In this document: positions 8,596 to 17,527 of the stretch, piece by piece | How the letters are laid out: the number at the start of each line of letters is the position of its first letter | Numbering within the stretch: the stretch's first letter is position 1 | NCBI GenBank assembly: GCA_937874515.1 | Contig: CALNBV010000235.1 | Coordinates: 1,210 to 65,209 of the forward strand | DNA: 64,000 nt | Source of the DNA: an uncultured Paenibacillaceae bacterium | GTDB taxonomy: Bacteria > Bacillota > Bacilli > Aneurinibacillales > Aneurinibacillaceae | Direction: 5' to 3' | Position numbers and translations under genes: made by a program | Notes under the pieces: model-generated | The model's database searches: none | Told to the model about the DNA's origin: nothing | What the model saw: only the letters and a program-made list of their open reading frames with translations

Positions 8596-9708
8596 ATGAA
8601 TCAGACAAACCCTGCTTCCTTAAACCCTTTAGTAAATGAACAATTGGGGAATTTGGATACATCAGGGATCCAGCAATTTTGGACTAATATTGTGGATAAA
8701 TACCAGGGATACTTGCCCGAAAGCCAGTCCAAAAGCCTTTTTGAAATATTAATGGGTGAACATTCATTCACTCTACAAGATGTTTTAAAAGGAATTATTA
8801 ATTTTTTCCTCCATGAAGTGGTCAGTAATGGGAAGTTATTAGGAGCTATTTTAATTATTACTGTTTTTGCGATGATTCTCGAAACCATGCAATCTGCCTT
8901 TGAACGAAAAACTGTAAGTACAGTTGGGTATGCCGTATCCTATTTGGTTCTCATTGTACTGGCATTAAATAGTTTTCGTGTGGCCATCGATTATGCCACC
9001 CAGGCGATTTCTGAAATGGTCAATTTTATTATCGCCCTGGTTCCTTTAGTGCTTGCACTCATGGCATCCACGGGAAATATAACTAGCGTAGCCATCTTTC
9101 ATCCCATGATTATTTTTCTCGTGAATATTAGTGGGACGTTAATTTACACCATTGTATTTCCTCTTCTTTTCCTCTCTGCTTTGTTAAACATTGTAAGTAC
9201 ATTCTCAATTAAATACCAGTTAACGAAATTGGCTGGGATTTTACGCAGTGCGGGCCTTTGGCTTCTGGGAAGTTTTTTCACCATTTTTTTATCTGTGTTA
9301 TCCCTGCAGGGGGCCACTGCAGCTGTCACCGATGGGGTGGCTGTACGCACCGTAAAATATATTGCAGGGAATTTCATCCCTGTGGTTGGGCGCATGTTTT
9401 CTGATGCAACAGAAACCGTGGTTGGGGCTTCCTTACTGGTGAAAAATACAGTTGGCCTGGCTGGAGTGATGATTCTCCTTTTTATCGTTGCATTTCCTGC
9501 TTTAAAAATACTTGCCTTAGCCTTGCTTTATAACCTTTCCGCAGCGGTGATGCAACCCCTTGGAGATAGCCCGGTGATTAAGTGCCTTAGTATTATCGGC
9601 AAAAACTTACTGTTTGTTTTTGCCATATTAGCCACCATGGGACTTATGTTTTTTCTGGCGATTACCATCATCATTTCAGCAAGCAACTTATCTGTCATGA
9701 TGCGCTAG
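8596..9708 (+). CDS. spoIIIAE: stage III sporulation protein AE
   Basis: 370-aa polytopic membrane protein with conserved segments (FHEVVSNGKLLG, GNFIPVVGRMFSDATETV). Confidence 0.93.
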   Translation: MNQTNPASLNPLVNEQLGNLDTSGIQQFWTNIVDKYQGYLPESQSKSLFEILMGEHSFTLQDVLKGIINFFLHEVVSNGKLLGAILIITVFAMILETMQSAFERKTVSTVGYAVSYLVLIVLALNSFRVAIDYATQAISEMVNFIIALVPLVLALMASTGNITSVAIFHPMIIFLVNISGTLIYTIVFPLLFLSALLNIVSTFSIKYQLTKLAGILRSAGLWLLGSFFTIFLSVLSLQGATAAVTDGVAVRTVKYIAGNFIPVVGRMFSDATETVVGASLLVKNTVGLAGVMILLFIVAFPALKILALALLYNLSAAVMQPLGDSPVIKCLSIIGKNLLFVFAILATMGLMFFLAITIIISASNLSVMMR

Positions 9709-9722
9709 GGGGGGGGATGCAC

Positions 9723-10403
9723 ATGACCATATTAACCCTTTGGGTCAAAAAACTAATTTTATTGGTTTTATTGGCTACCTTTATTGAGCTTCTTTTGCCG
9801 ACTAATGCATATCAAAAATATGTGAGAATGGCTATGGGTCTCCTTATATTACTTACCCTTTTAACCCCGTTGTTGGAGATTTTTCAAAAGCCCATTTCCC
9901 TGAATCAGTTAGGGGATTTTTATCAAACCAAGGAAAATGGACAGGGAATTGATATGGATCGCATTCAAGCCTTATCCCAACAACTGGTTTCTTATCAAGA
10001 TGAAACAACCACAGAATATGTACAGACACAAATTAAAGACCTGGTTGCTAAACAGGTGGAAGAAGAATATCGGGTAAAGGTAGACGCGGTGGATGTGAAA
10101 CTGAAAAAGGACAAGGAAAAAGTTCAAAGCATTGATCAGATCGTTGTCCATGTACAGCATAATGAAAAACAGGTTGCCAGTGAAGGGAGTGAAAATGGTG
10201 AGATGAAGCCCATGGATCCAGTGAACGTAGATATTAATCTAGCTTCTCCTTCAACGAACTCATCTTCCGTTCCTGTCCTGCAAGAAGAATCTCCCCAATT
10301 GAAAAAAATACAATCAGGAATAGCCACCGCCTGGAATCTTAACAGCAAGCAAGTTTTTGTGAAATGGAAGCAGACAGGGGAGGGGAAGGAGAATGGCAGG
10401 TGA
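9723..10403 (+). CDS. spoIIIAF: stage III sporulation protein AF
   Basis: Two N-terminal TM helices with QKYVRMAMGLLIL, in the expected position. The start is ATG 9723 (or 9717), just after a G9 tract. Confidence 0.85.
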   Translation: MTILTLWVKKLILLVLLATFIELLLPTNAYQKYVRMAMGLLILLTLLTPLLEIFQKPISLNQLGDFYQTKENGQGIDMDRIQALSQQLVSYQDETTTEYVQTQIKDLVAKQVEEEYRVKVDAVDVKLKKDKEKVQSIDQIVVHVQHNEKQVASEGSENGEMKPMDPVNVDINLASPSTNSSSVPVLQEESPQLKKIQSGIATAWNLNSKQVFVKWKQTGEGKENGR

Positions 10404-11022
10404 GAAATGGGGGGATTTTTTGAAAGGCTTGTTCAATAAAAACAAAGGGGAAAAAAAGGGGAAATTAATGCCTGCTCTTTTGCTTTTAGGAACAGCAGGA
10501 GTTGCCATTATGCTTTTAGGCACATTTTTTCAACCTAATGGGAATTCTCCCATCACATCCCCAGCTACATCTGAAACAAGCCAGGAAGTTATTGCTTCAA
10601 GGAAAGATACGACAAATGCCATGTTTAAGTATGAAAATGAAGTAGAAAAAAGGCTAGAAAAAATTCTTGCAAATATTTCAGGAGTTGGTCAAGTCTCCAT
10701 CATGGTTAGCATAGAATCTACAGAAGAGATTGTTGTAGACAAGAATCATACACAACGCCATCAGACAACCGAGGAGTCTGATACGAAAGGGCAGAGCAGG
10801 AAAATCGTAGAACAATCTAATCAAGACCAAACAGTAATCATTAAAGAAGGAGGTGGGGAACAACCCCTTGTGCTTAAAACAATAAAACCTAAAGTCGCAG
10901 GTGTTCTGGTTGTAGCGGAAGGAGCCACAAGCCTTAAAGTAGTGGCTATGATTCGAGAAGCTGTACAAAGGGCGTTGGGAATCCCATCTTATAAAATTGA
11001 TGTTCAGGCGAAAAAAAGTTAG
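10393..11022 (+). CDS. spoIIIAG: stage III sporulation protein AG
   Basis: One TM helix plus a C-terminal ring-forming domain (VAGVLVVAEGA...). It overlaps spoIIIAF by 11 nt. Confidence 0.88.
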   Translation: MAGEKWGDFLKGLFNKNKGEKKGKLMPALLLLGTAGVAIMLLGTFFQPNGNSPITSPATSETSQEVIASRKDTTNAMFKYENEVEKRLEKILANISGVGQVSIMVSIESTEEIVVDKNHTQRHQTTEESDTKGQSRKIVEQSNQDQTVIIKEGGGEQPLVLKTIKPKVAGVLVVAEGATSLKVVAMIREAVQRALGIPSYKIDVQAKKS

Positions 11023-11032
11023 GAGGAAAAAA

Positions 11033-11596
11033 ATGATCCTAAAAAAACAAACCGTATGGCTTTTGTCCATGTTGGCAATCTTGGTGGTTTTATCCGGGTA
11101 TTATTTAGTGGAAGGGCCAAATGGAACAACCTCTCCCACATCCACCCAAAATAAAGATGGGGCTAACACAGGAGATAAACCAGATATAAATGTGAATACA
11201 AAACAAGTGACTCCCAATACGGCAACCCCGTCTTCAACAACAAGCGATGATTATTTCATCAGTTACAAGATGAATCGTGATGCTCGCCAGGAACAAGAAT
11301 TAGATAAATATATGGAAGTAATGATCAATAATAATGCGAAAACAGATTTAAGGGATGAAGCAAAGAAAAAATACGAAGAACTTGAAGCATTACGAAATCA
11401 ACAAGCCGAAGTCGAAGAATTAATTAAACAAGCAGGCAATTATAAGGATGTCATCGTGGTAGCCCAGGACAACATGGTACGTGTCATTGTACAGGCGAAA
11501 ACATTAAAAACGGATAAAGTGGTAGAAATCATCAATATTGTAAAACAACACATGAAAATTCCAGGGAATAATATAACCGTAGAAAACAAATCTTAA
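11033..11596 (+). CDS. spoIIIAH: stage III sporulation protein AH
   Basis: AGGAGG RBS followed by ATG 11033. One TM helix, then a YscJ/FliF-like C-terminal domain (VRVIVQAKTL...). Confidence 0.88.
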   Translation: MILKKQTVWLLSMLAILVVLSGYYLVEGPNGTTSPTSTQNKDGANTGDKPDINVNTKQVTPNTATPSSTTSDDYFISYKMNRDARQEQELDKYMEVMINNNAKTDLRDEAKKKYEELEALRNQQAEVEELIKQAGNYKDVIVVAQDNMVRVIVQAKTLKTDKVVEIINIVKQHMKIPGNNITVENKS

Positions 11597-11617
11597 TATA
11601 TGAAAGAAAACTTAAAT

Positions 11618-11647
11618 CGGTGCGGTTTTGCGCCGTTTATTTTTTTA
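11618..11647 (+). terminator. probable terminator of the spoIIIA operon
   Basis: cggtgc pairs with gcgccg (one G-U pair), followed by a T-rich run. Confidence 0.55.
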
Positions 11648-11759
11648 TTTTATTTTGAAAAACAGTTGATTTGTAAGCGTTTTTTAATTGTTAATAAAAA
11701 AAATTCAGTCAATGTCCTACAATTTACGTCAAGATACTACAAAAATATTTATGGTTTAT

Positions 11760-11768
11760 GGTATAATA
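11760..11768 (+). promoter_or_regulatory. extended -10 element (TGgTATAAT) upstream of accB
   Basis: Exact TGnTATAAT about 70 nt upstream of the accB ATG, in a very AT-rich spacer. Confidence 0.4.
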
Positions 11769-11837
11769 CAAAAAGTTGTACTACTAATGTATACTTATAT
11801 AGAAAAGTTAAAGTTTTAGTTAGGAGTGGGAATTTCT

Positions 11838-12362
11838 ATGTGGAAACTTCATGAGATCAGAGAAATCATTAAATTGATTGATCAAACCGGCGTTACTGAA
11901 ATTCAATTAGAAGAAGAAGGTTCTAAACTTAGCATTAAAAAGGGTGGAGACGTTGTATCTTACGTTGCTGCACCAGCACCTGTAGCTGCACCAGCACCAG
12001 TTGTTGAAGCACCTGTAGCTGCACCAGCACCAGTTGCTGAAGCACCAAAAGCTGCACCAGCACCTGCTGCAGCACCGGCTCAAGCTGCCGCTGCTTCTGA
12101 TGCGGATGTAAACGATCCATCTCTTCACAAAATTACTTCACCAATGGTTGGAACTTTTTATAAATCTCCAGAACCAGGTGCTGCTGCTTATGTAAGCGCT
12201 GGGGATAAAGTTGAAGATAACACGATCGTTTGTATTGTTGAAGCAATGAAATTATTCAATGAAATCGAAGCTGAAGTTAAAGGTGAAATCGTTAAAGTCC
12301 TCGTTGAAGATGGACAACTTGTTGAATATGGACAACCCCTCTTCCTTGTGAAGGCAGAATAG
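11838..12362 (+). CDS. accB: acetyl-CoA carboxylase biotin carboxyl carrier protein
   Basis: Ala/Pro-rich linker followed by a biotinyl domain with [12 protein letters not shown]. The RBS is AGGAGTGGG. Confidence 0.95.
   Translation: MWKLHEIREIIKLIDQTGVTEIQLEEEGSKLSIKKGGDVVSYVAAPAPVAAPAPVVEAPVAAPAPVAEAPKAAPAPAAAPAQAAAASDADVNDPSLHKITSPMVGTFYKSPEPGAAAYVSAGDKVEDNTIVCIVEAMKLFNEIEAEVKGEIVKVLVEDGQLVEYGQPLFLVKAE
11976..12041 (+). repeat. 2 x 33-bp tandem repeat inside the accB linker
   Basis: The unit gcacctgtagctgcaccagcaccagttg(t/c)tgaa is repeated head-to-tail and encodes APVAAPAPV(V/A)E. Confidence 0.9.
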
Positions 12363-12372
12363 GAGGATTTCC

Positions 12373-13722
12373 ATGTTTAAAAAAGTTCTAATTGCCAACC
12401 GTGGAGAAATCGCTGTCCGCGTTATTCGCGCATGCCGCGAATTAGGGATTAAAACGGTAGCCGTATATTCTCAGGCTGACCAAAACGCCCTCCATGTGCA
12501 ATTAGCTGACGAAGCTTATTGCATTGGACCAACAGCATCTAAGGACAGTTACTTAAATATGACTAACTTGATGAGCGTAGCTACCGCTACTGGTACTGAC
12601 GCCATCCACCCAGGTTATGGGTTCCTTGCAGAAAACGCTGATTTTGCTGAAATCTGTGCTGCTTGCAACATTACCTTTATCGGTCCAGACCCACAGGCTA
12701 TTGTGAAAATGGGTGACAAAAACGAAGCTCGTGATACCATGAAGGCTGCCGGTGTACCAATTGTTCCTGGTACTGATGGATTAATCGAAGATATTGATGA
12801 AGCCATTAAAATTGCCGATGATGCTGGCTACCCAGTAATCATTAAAGCGACTGCTGGCGGTGGCGGTAAAGGGATGCGCGTTGCTCGCGATCAGGAAGAA
12901 CTTATTTCTGCTGTTCGTCAGGCACAAAAAGAAGCAGCTGCTGCTTTTGGTAATCCTGGTGTTTATCTTGAGAAATATTTGGAAAACACTCGTCACATTG
13001 AAATTCAAATTATTGCAGATAAACATGGTAATGTTTGTCACCTTGGCGAACGGGATTGCTCTATTCAACGTCGTCACCAAAAACTCGTTGAAGAAGCTCC
13101 ATCTCCAGCTCTCGATCCAGAGACTCGCCGTCAAATGGGTGATGCGGCAGTTGCAGCTGCAAAAGCCGTTAACTACCATGGTGCTGGTACTGTAGAATTC
13201 CTTCTTAACCATGATGGGAAATTCTACTTCATGGAAATGAATACTCGTATTCAAGTAGAACATCCAGTTTCTGAATGGATTACTGGAATCGATCTTATTA
13301 AAGAACAAATTTCTGTTGCAGCTGGTGTACCTCTTTCCTTTACACAGGATGAAGTACAAATTAAAGGCTGGGCGATTGAATGCCGTGTTAACGCAGAGAA
13401 TCCAGCGAAGAACTTCATGCCTTCTCCTGGTAAAATCAATCGTTACCTTCCACCAGGCGGTTTCGGTGTACGGGTTGACAGCGCTTGTTATCAAGGGTAT
13501 GAAATTTCACCATTCTATGATTCAATGATTGCTAAAATCATTGTTTGGGGTAAAGATCGTAATGATGCCATTGACCGCATGAAACGTGCTCTCAGTGAAA
13601 CCATCATTGAAGGTCCATTTACAACCATTCCTTTCCATCAAAAATTGTTGGAACATGAAAAATTCATTTCTGGCAACTTCAATACGAAGTTCTTAGAAGA
13701 AAATAAAATCGATATCGATTAA
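12373..13722 (+). CDS. accC: acetyl-CoA carboxylase biotin carboxylase subunit
   Basis: 449-aa ATP-grasp protein ([27 protein letters not shown]). Confidence 0.97.
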   Translation: MFKKVLIANRGEIAVRVIRACRELGIKTVAVYSQADQNALHVQLADEAYCIGPTASKDSYLNMTNLMSVATATGTDAIHPGYGFLAENADFAEICAACNITFIGPDPQAIVKMGDKNEARDTMKAAGVPIVPGTDGLIEDIDEAIKIADDAGYPVIIKATAGGGGKGMRVARDQEELISAVRQAQKEAAAAFGNPGVYLEKYLENTRHIEIQIIADKHGNVCHLGERDCSIQRRHQKLVEEAPSPALDPETRRQMGDAAVAAAKAVNYHGAGTVEFLLNHDGKFYFMEMNTRIQVEHPVSEWITGIDLIKEQISVAAGVPLSFTQDEVQIKGWAIECRVNAENPAKNFMPSPGKINRYLPPGGFGVRVDSACYQGYEISPFYDSMIAKIIVWGKDRNDAIDRMKRALSETIIEGPFTTIPFHQKLLEHEKFISGNFNTKFLEENKIDID

Positions 13723-13756
13723 TTAAAAACAATGAAACACCCCCATTAAAGGATAT

Positions 13757-13785
13757 TTGTCTAAAAGCTATAGGATTGCTATAAT
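13757..13785 (+). promoter_or_regulatory. sigma-A type promoter for the asp23 operon
   Basis: TTGTCT-17 nt-(TGc)TATAAT. Confidence 0.55.
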
Positions 13786-13820
13786 AGGCATATATCGACC
13801 TTTGAAGGGGGTGTTATTTT

Positions 13821-14228
13821 ATGGAAAATGAATTTCAACCCATTCACACTGAACAATATGGGAAAATTGAAATTGCACCAGAAGTCATTGAAGTGATTGC
13901 TAATATGGCAACATTGCAGGTTGAAGGCGTAGTAGACTTGAGTGGCGGAATGATGGTAGACCTTGTAGACCGTATTGGTGGCCGTAAAACCAGCGGTAAA
14001 GGGGTCAAAGTAGATATCGGAGAGAAAGAAGCCGCTGTCGATGTATATATCATCGTGGAATATGGGAATCGAATCCCCGATACAGCCCATAAAGTGCAGG
14101 AAAATGTACGGAATTCCATTGAGAAGATGACAGGAATGTATGTAACCAAAGTGAATGTACATATTGTAGACGTTCAATTAAAACAGGAGAAGAAAGAGAG
14201 CATCGAAGAGACTCATCGTGTTCGTTAG
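13821..14228 (+). CDS. Asp23/Gls24 family alkaline-shock protein (YqhY-like)
   Basis: 135 aa. The stretch GKIEIAPEVIEVIANMATLQVEGV is typical of the DUF322/Asp23 family. Confidence 0.88.
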   Translation: MENEFQPIHTEQYGKIEIAPEVIEVIANMATLQVEGVVDLSGGMMVDLVDRIGGRKTSGKGVKVDIGEKEAAVDVYIIVEYGNRIPDTAHKVQENVRNSIEKMTGMYVTKVNVHIVDVQLKQEKKESIEETHRVR

Positions 14229-14264
14229 AGCCTAGAGTTCTTTCTTCCTTAAAGGAGGACACCC

Positions 14265-14828
14265 GTGAACTTATTAGATCGGTTTATCCTAACCTTGTAT
14301 AGTTTCGCCTTGCTTATTCTTTCCCTGGTTTTTATGGCCGTCACCTTAAATTTAATCCCTTTTATTTGGGTTCAATGGGTAATTGAGGACCTATATCATT
14401 CAACCAGTTACAGTATTCTTTATACATTAGCTGGAGTAATCTTTTTTCTTGTAAGCCTTCGCTTTCTTTTTTCAGGATTGTTAGGCGGACGGAAAGAACC
14501 CCGTTCCCAAACCATACGTAGGGGAAATGAGTTTGGAGAGACAGAGATTACATTGGATACATTGGAGAGCCTTGCTACTCGTGCTGCGAAAAGGGTACGT
14601 GGAATTAGGGATTTAAAAACCCGTGTTCGCCCTTTTGAGGGTGGTGCTGTCATTAAGATACGCACCTATGTAGATGGGGATGTTCCTATTCAACCTCTCA
14701 TTGAGCAGGTGCAACAGAATGTTAAGGAACAGGTGGAGCTAATTTCCGGTGTTCATATTCATGAAGTAACGGTATTGGTTTCAGATGTTTATAAAGGGAA
14801 CGCTCCTCGGGGACGTCGGGTAGAATAG
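14265..14828 (+). CDS. amaP: alkaline shock response membrane anchor protein AmaP-like
   Basis: GTG start, two N-terminal TM helices and a soluble C-terminal domain. It lies immediately after an asp23 gene, as in staphylococcal asp23 loci. Confidence 0.7.
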   Translation: MNLLDRFILTLYSFALLILSLVFMAVTLNLIPFIWVQWVIEDLYHSTSYSILYTLAGVIFFLVSLRFLFSGLLGGRKEPRSQTIRRGNEFGETEITLDTLESLATRAAKRVRGIRDLKTRVRPFEGGAVIKIRTYVDGDVPIQPLIEQVQQNVKEQVELISGVHIHEVTVLVSDVYKGNAPRGRRVE

Positions 14829-14838
14829 AGGGATGCCT

Positions 14839-15057
14839 ATGTTCTGGCAATTCTTTCAGGAAAACCGTGGGAAGGTCATTGGAGTTTTAGCAGGGGTTAT
14901 TTTTGGACTATTATTTTTATTGGTTGGTTTTTTTAAGACACTGGTATTTGCGATTTTTGTCGCCATTGGTTTTTATTTTGGAAACAAATTTGACAACCAG
15001 GAAGATCTGGCGGAAATCCTGGATCGGATTCTGCCGGGTAAGTTTACAAAACGATAA
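14839..15057 (+). CDS. DUF2273 small integral membrane protein
   Basis: About 72 aa with two TM helices. It is the third member of the asp23-amaP-DUF2273 arrangement. ATG 14839 is better spaced from GAGGG than ATG 14833. Confidence 0.7.
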   Translation: MFWQFFQENRGKVIGVLAGVIFGLLFLLVGFFKTLVFAIFVAIGFYFGNKFDNQEDLAEILDRILPGKFTKR

Positions 15058-15132
15058 CCACCAGGAATGGTGGTTTTTCCATTTGTGTAAGCTAAGTACA
15101 AAAGAGAGGGTCATACAAAAAGGATGATTTTA

Positions 15133-15558
15133 ATGAATCGAAGACAAGCTCGCGAAAACGCGGTCAAACTGTTATTTCAAATGGATTTAGCGCAGGTAGA
15201 TTTGGATTATGCCCTTCTTCATCAAATTGATGATGAGGAAAATCCTCAGGAAGATGTAGAGAATGACTTTTTTGTAAAACTTATTAAAGGCACAAATGAA
15301 AATTTGGAACAAATTGATCAATTGATTCGTAAACATCTTCGTGGCTGGACATTGGAACGGTTATCAGGTGTAGACCGCGCCATTTTACGTTTGGCTACCT
15401 TCGAGATGTATTTCATTCATGACATGCCTGCCGGTGTTACATTAAATGAAGCTATTGAATTGGCGAAAACCTTCGGTACAGATGAATCCCCTAAATTTAT
15501 TAATGGGGTGTTATCTGGTCTTGTGAAGGATTCAGGGAAACTGAAGGAAAGGTCGTAG
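15133..15558 (+). CDS. nusB: transcription antitermination factor NusB
   Basis: MNRRQARENAVKLLFQMD... and a C-terminal FINGVL motif. Confidence 0.93.
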   Translation: MNRRQARENAVKLLFQMDLAQVDLDYALLHQIDDEENPQEDVENDFFVKLIKGTNENLEQIDQLIRKHLRGWTLERLSGVDRAILRLATFEMYFIHDMPAGVTLNEAIELAKTFGTDESPKFINGVLSGLVKDSGKLKERS

Positions 15559-15565
15559 TCTGGGA

Positions 15566-16543
15566 ATGGATGTGATTCTTGGGATTGATACCAGCAACTA
15601 CCGAACTTCTTTGTGTTTAATTAATTTACAGGGAAGCATTGTCGCTGAAGAAAAACAGTTGCTGATGGTAGGGAATGGGAAAAAAGGCTTGCAACAGTCT
15701 GAGGCTCTTTTTCAACATGTTAAACAGTTACCTTTACTGGCTAAAAATATGGCCATGAATCATTATCGGTTAGTGGCTGTGGCCGTAAGCCGTAAGCCTC
15801 GCCCTGTTGAGGGAAGTTACATGCCCGTATTTCTAGCCGGTGAGACGGTAGCGGAAATGATTAGCCATTTTCAACAGATACCTTTATTTTATACCACTCA
15901 TCAGGAAGGGCACATTGCTGCAGGTGAATATACCTTAGAAAACCCTATTGATGTCAATCATTTTCTCGTTGTTCACCTTTCCGGGGGTACGAGTGAAGTT
16001 TTAGATTGCCGCCGGAATCATGAGGGGTATGAAATTCAGCAACTTGGCGGAACAAAGGATCTCCATGCAGGACAGTTAATCGATCGCGTTGGAGTTGCCC
16101 TTGGCCTTCCCTTCCCTTCTGGCCCTTACATCGAAGAAATGGGGCGTGCCATTGACTCTGAAGAGAAGGATTTTTCCGTACCATCTTCTGTAAATGGATA
16201 TTGGTTTAGTTTTTCTGGCCCTGAAGCCGCTTTGTTGCGTGCCCATCAGGAAGGGGTATCTCCCGTTAAAATTGCTCGTGGGGCAGAGAGTTGCATCGCG
16301 AATACCATAGAAAAGGTCTTAAGAAAGGCTTTGGAAGAAGGTTATTCAAAGGATATTCTCATTGTTGGCGGCGTAGCGGCCAATAGCTATCTACGGAATC
16401 GATTAATCCATCGTTTATCTCCCAGGTCCATTGGTGCTCGCCTCTACTTTGCAGACCCTCATTATTCTGGGGATAATGCCTTTGGGGTGGCTCGAATCGG
16501 CTTAAATCAATATAAGAGACAAAAGGCGAACGTTGTTTATTAA
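15566..16543 (+). CDS. TsaD/Kae1/Qri7 (peptidase M22, ASKHA) family protein of uncertain role
   Basis: Motifs GIDTSNYRTS, HQEGHIAAG (metal His pair), VGGVAANSYLRNRL and SGDNAFGVA. It is 325 aa, shorter than a canonical TsaD. Confidence 0.7.
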   Translation: MDVILGIDTSNYRTSLCLINLQGSIVAEEKQLLMVGNGKKGLQQSEALFQHVKQLPLLAKNMAMNHYRLVAVAVSRKPRPVEGSYMPVFLAGETVAEMISHFQQIPLFYTTHQEGHIAAGEYTLENPIDVNHFLVVHLSGGTSEVLDCRRNHEGYEIQQLGGTKDLHAGQLIDRVGVALGLPFPSGPYIEEMGRAIDSEEKDFSVPSSVNGYWFSFSGPEAALLRAHQEGVSPVKIARGAESCIANTIEKVLRKALEEGYSKDILIVGGVAANSYLRNRLIHRLSPRSIGARLYFADPHYSGDNAFGVARIGLNQYKRQKANVVY

Positions 16544-16642
16544 CCTCTCTCATAACTTTCGCTTTTTACTAAGGTTACTTTACATTTATCCCTTATTTTC
16601 GTTAAACTGAATAAGGAAAAGAATTGTAGGAGGTCGTTTTTC

Positions 16643-17497
16643 ATGGCAGCAGAAATTATTAGCGGGAAAGAAGTAGCAGCAGATATTCGTAGCCAATTAA
16701 GAGAAGAAGTTTTAGGGTTAAAAGAAAAAGGGATTCATCCCGGATTGGCCGTTATTCTTGTTGGTGAAGATCCTGCATCCCAATCCTATGTCAAAGGAAA
16801 AGCCCGTGGCTGTGAAGAAGTCGGTATCTATTCAGAAGTCATTTTAAAAGATGCATCCATTACCCAGGAAGAGTTATTAGGGGAAATTGACCGTTTAAAT
16901 AAAGATTCGAAAATTCATGGGATTCTTGTGCAACTTCCATTGCCAAAACATATTTCTGAAAATGCGGTCATTGACCATATTGCTCCTGAAAAGGATGTAG
17001 ATGGCTTTACTCCAGTGAATGTAGGGAATTTAGTGATTGGCGGAGAATGTTACTTACCATGTACACCTCATGGGATCATTGAGTTAATTAAACGCTCTGG
17101 CCGCTCCATTGCAGGCAAGCATGCTGTTGTAATTGGCCGCAGCAATATTGTGGGCAAACCTGTTTCTTTGCTTCTGTTGCAGGAAAATGCAACAGTAACC
17201 ATTGCACACTCACGCACTGCTAATCTTGCTGAAGTAGCCCGTCAAGCTGATATTCTTGTTGTGGCTGTAGGACGAGCTAAAATGGTTGGCGCAGATTATG
17301 TGAAATCAGGCGCGGTAGTCATTGATGTTGGTGTAAACCGTGGTGAAGATAAGAAATTAGTGGGAGATGTGGACTTTGAAGGCGTGAAAGAAATCGCCAG
17401 TTTCCTGACTCCTGTACCAGGTGGAGTAGGCCCAATGACCATTACCATGTTATTGAAAAATACCGTTGAAGCGGCAAAACGGATTTGCAAAGCTTAA
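16643..17497 (+). CDS. folD: bifunctional methylenetetrahydrofolate dehydrogenase/cyclohydrolase
   Basis: 284 aa with motifs GRSNIVGKP and PGGVGPMTI. Confidence 0.96.
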   Translation: MAAEIISGKEVAADIRSQLREEVLGLKEKGIHPGLAVILVGEDPASQSYVKGKARGCEEVGIYSEVILKDASITQEELLGEIDRLNKDSKIHGILVQLPLPKHISENAVIDHIAPEKDVDGFTPVNVGNLVIGGECYLPCTPHGIIELIKRSGRSIAGKHAVVIGRSNIVGKPVSLLLLQENATVTIAHSRTANLAEVARQADILVVAVGRAKMVGADYVKSGAVVIDVGVNRGEDKKLVGDVDFEGVKEIASFLTPVPGGVGPMTITMLLKNTVEAAKRICKA

Positions 17498-17527
17498 TAT
17501 AGACCATTTAATTGCGGGAGGGGAATC

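Noticed and set aside
11600-11854. 84-aa ORF in the spoIIIAH-accB spacer
   Set aside because: It spans the spoIIIA terminator, a very AT-rich promoter region and the accB RBS and start. It has no SD and an implausible composition. I treat it as a chance ORF in AT-rich DNA.
11907-12128. Two antisense ORFs (73 and 61 aa) over the accB linker
   Set aside because: They are artefacts of the GC-rich, stop-free Ala/Pro repeat when read on the other strand.
12781-13494. 237-aa ORF antisense to accC
   Set aside because: It lies entirely inside a highly conserved gene on the opposite strand and has no RBS. Its composition is biased toward F, N, I and S, as expected from the reverse frame of a coding region.
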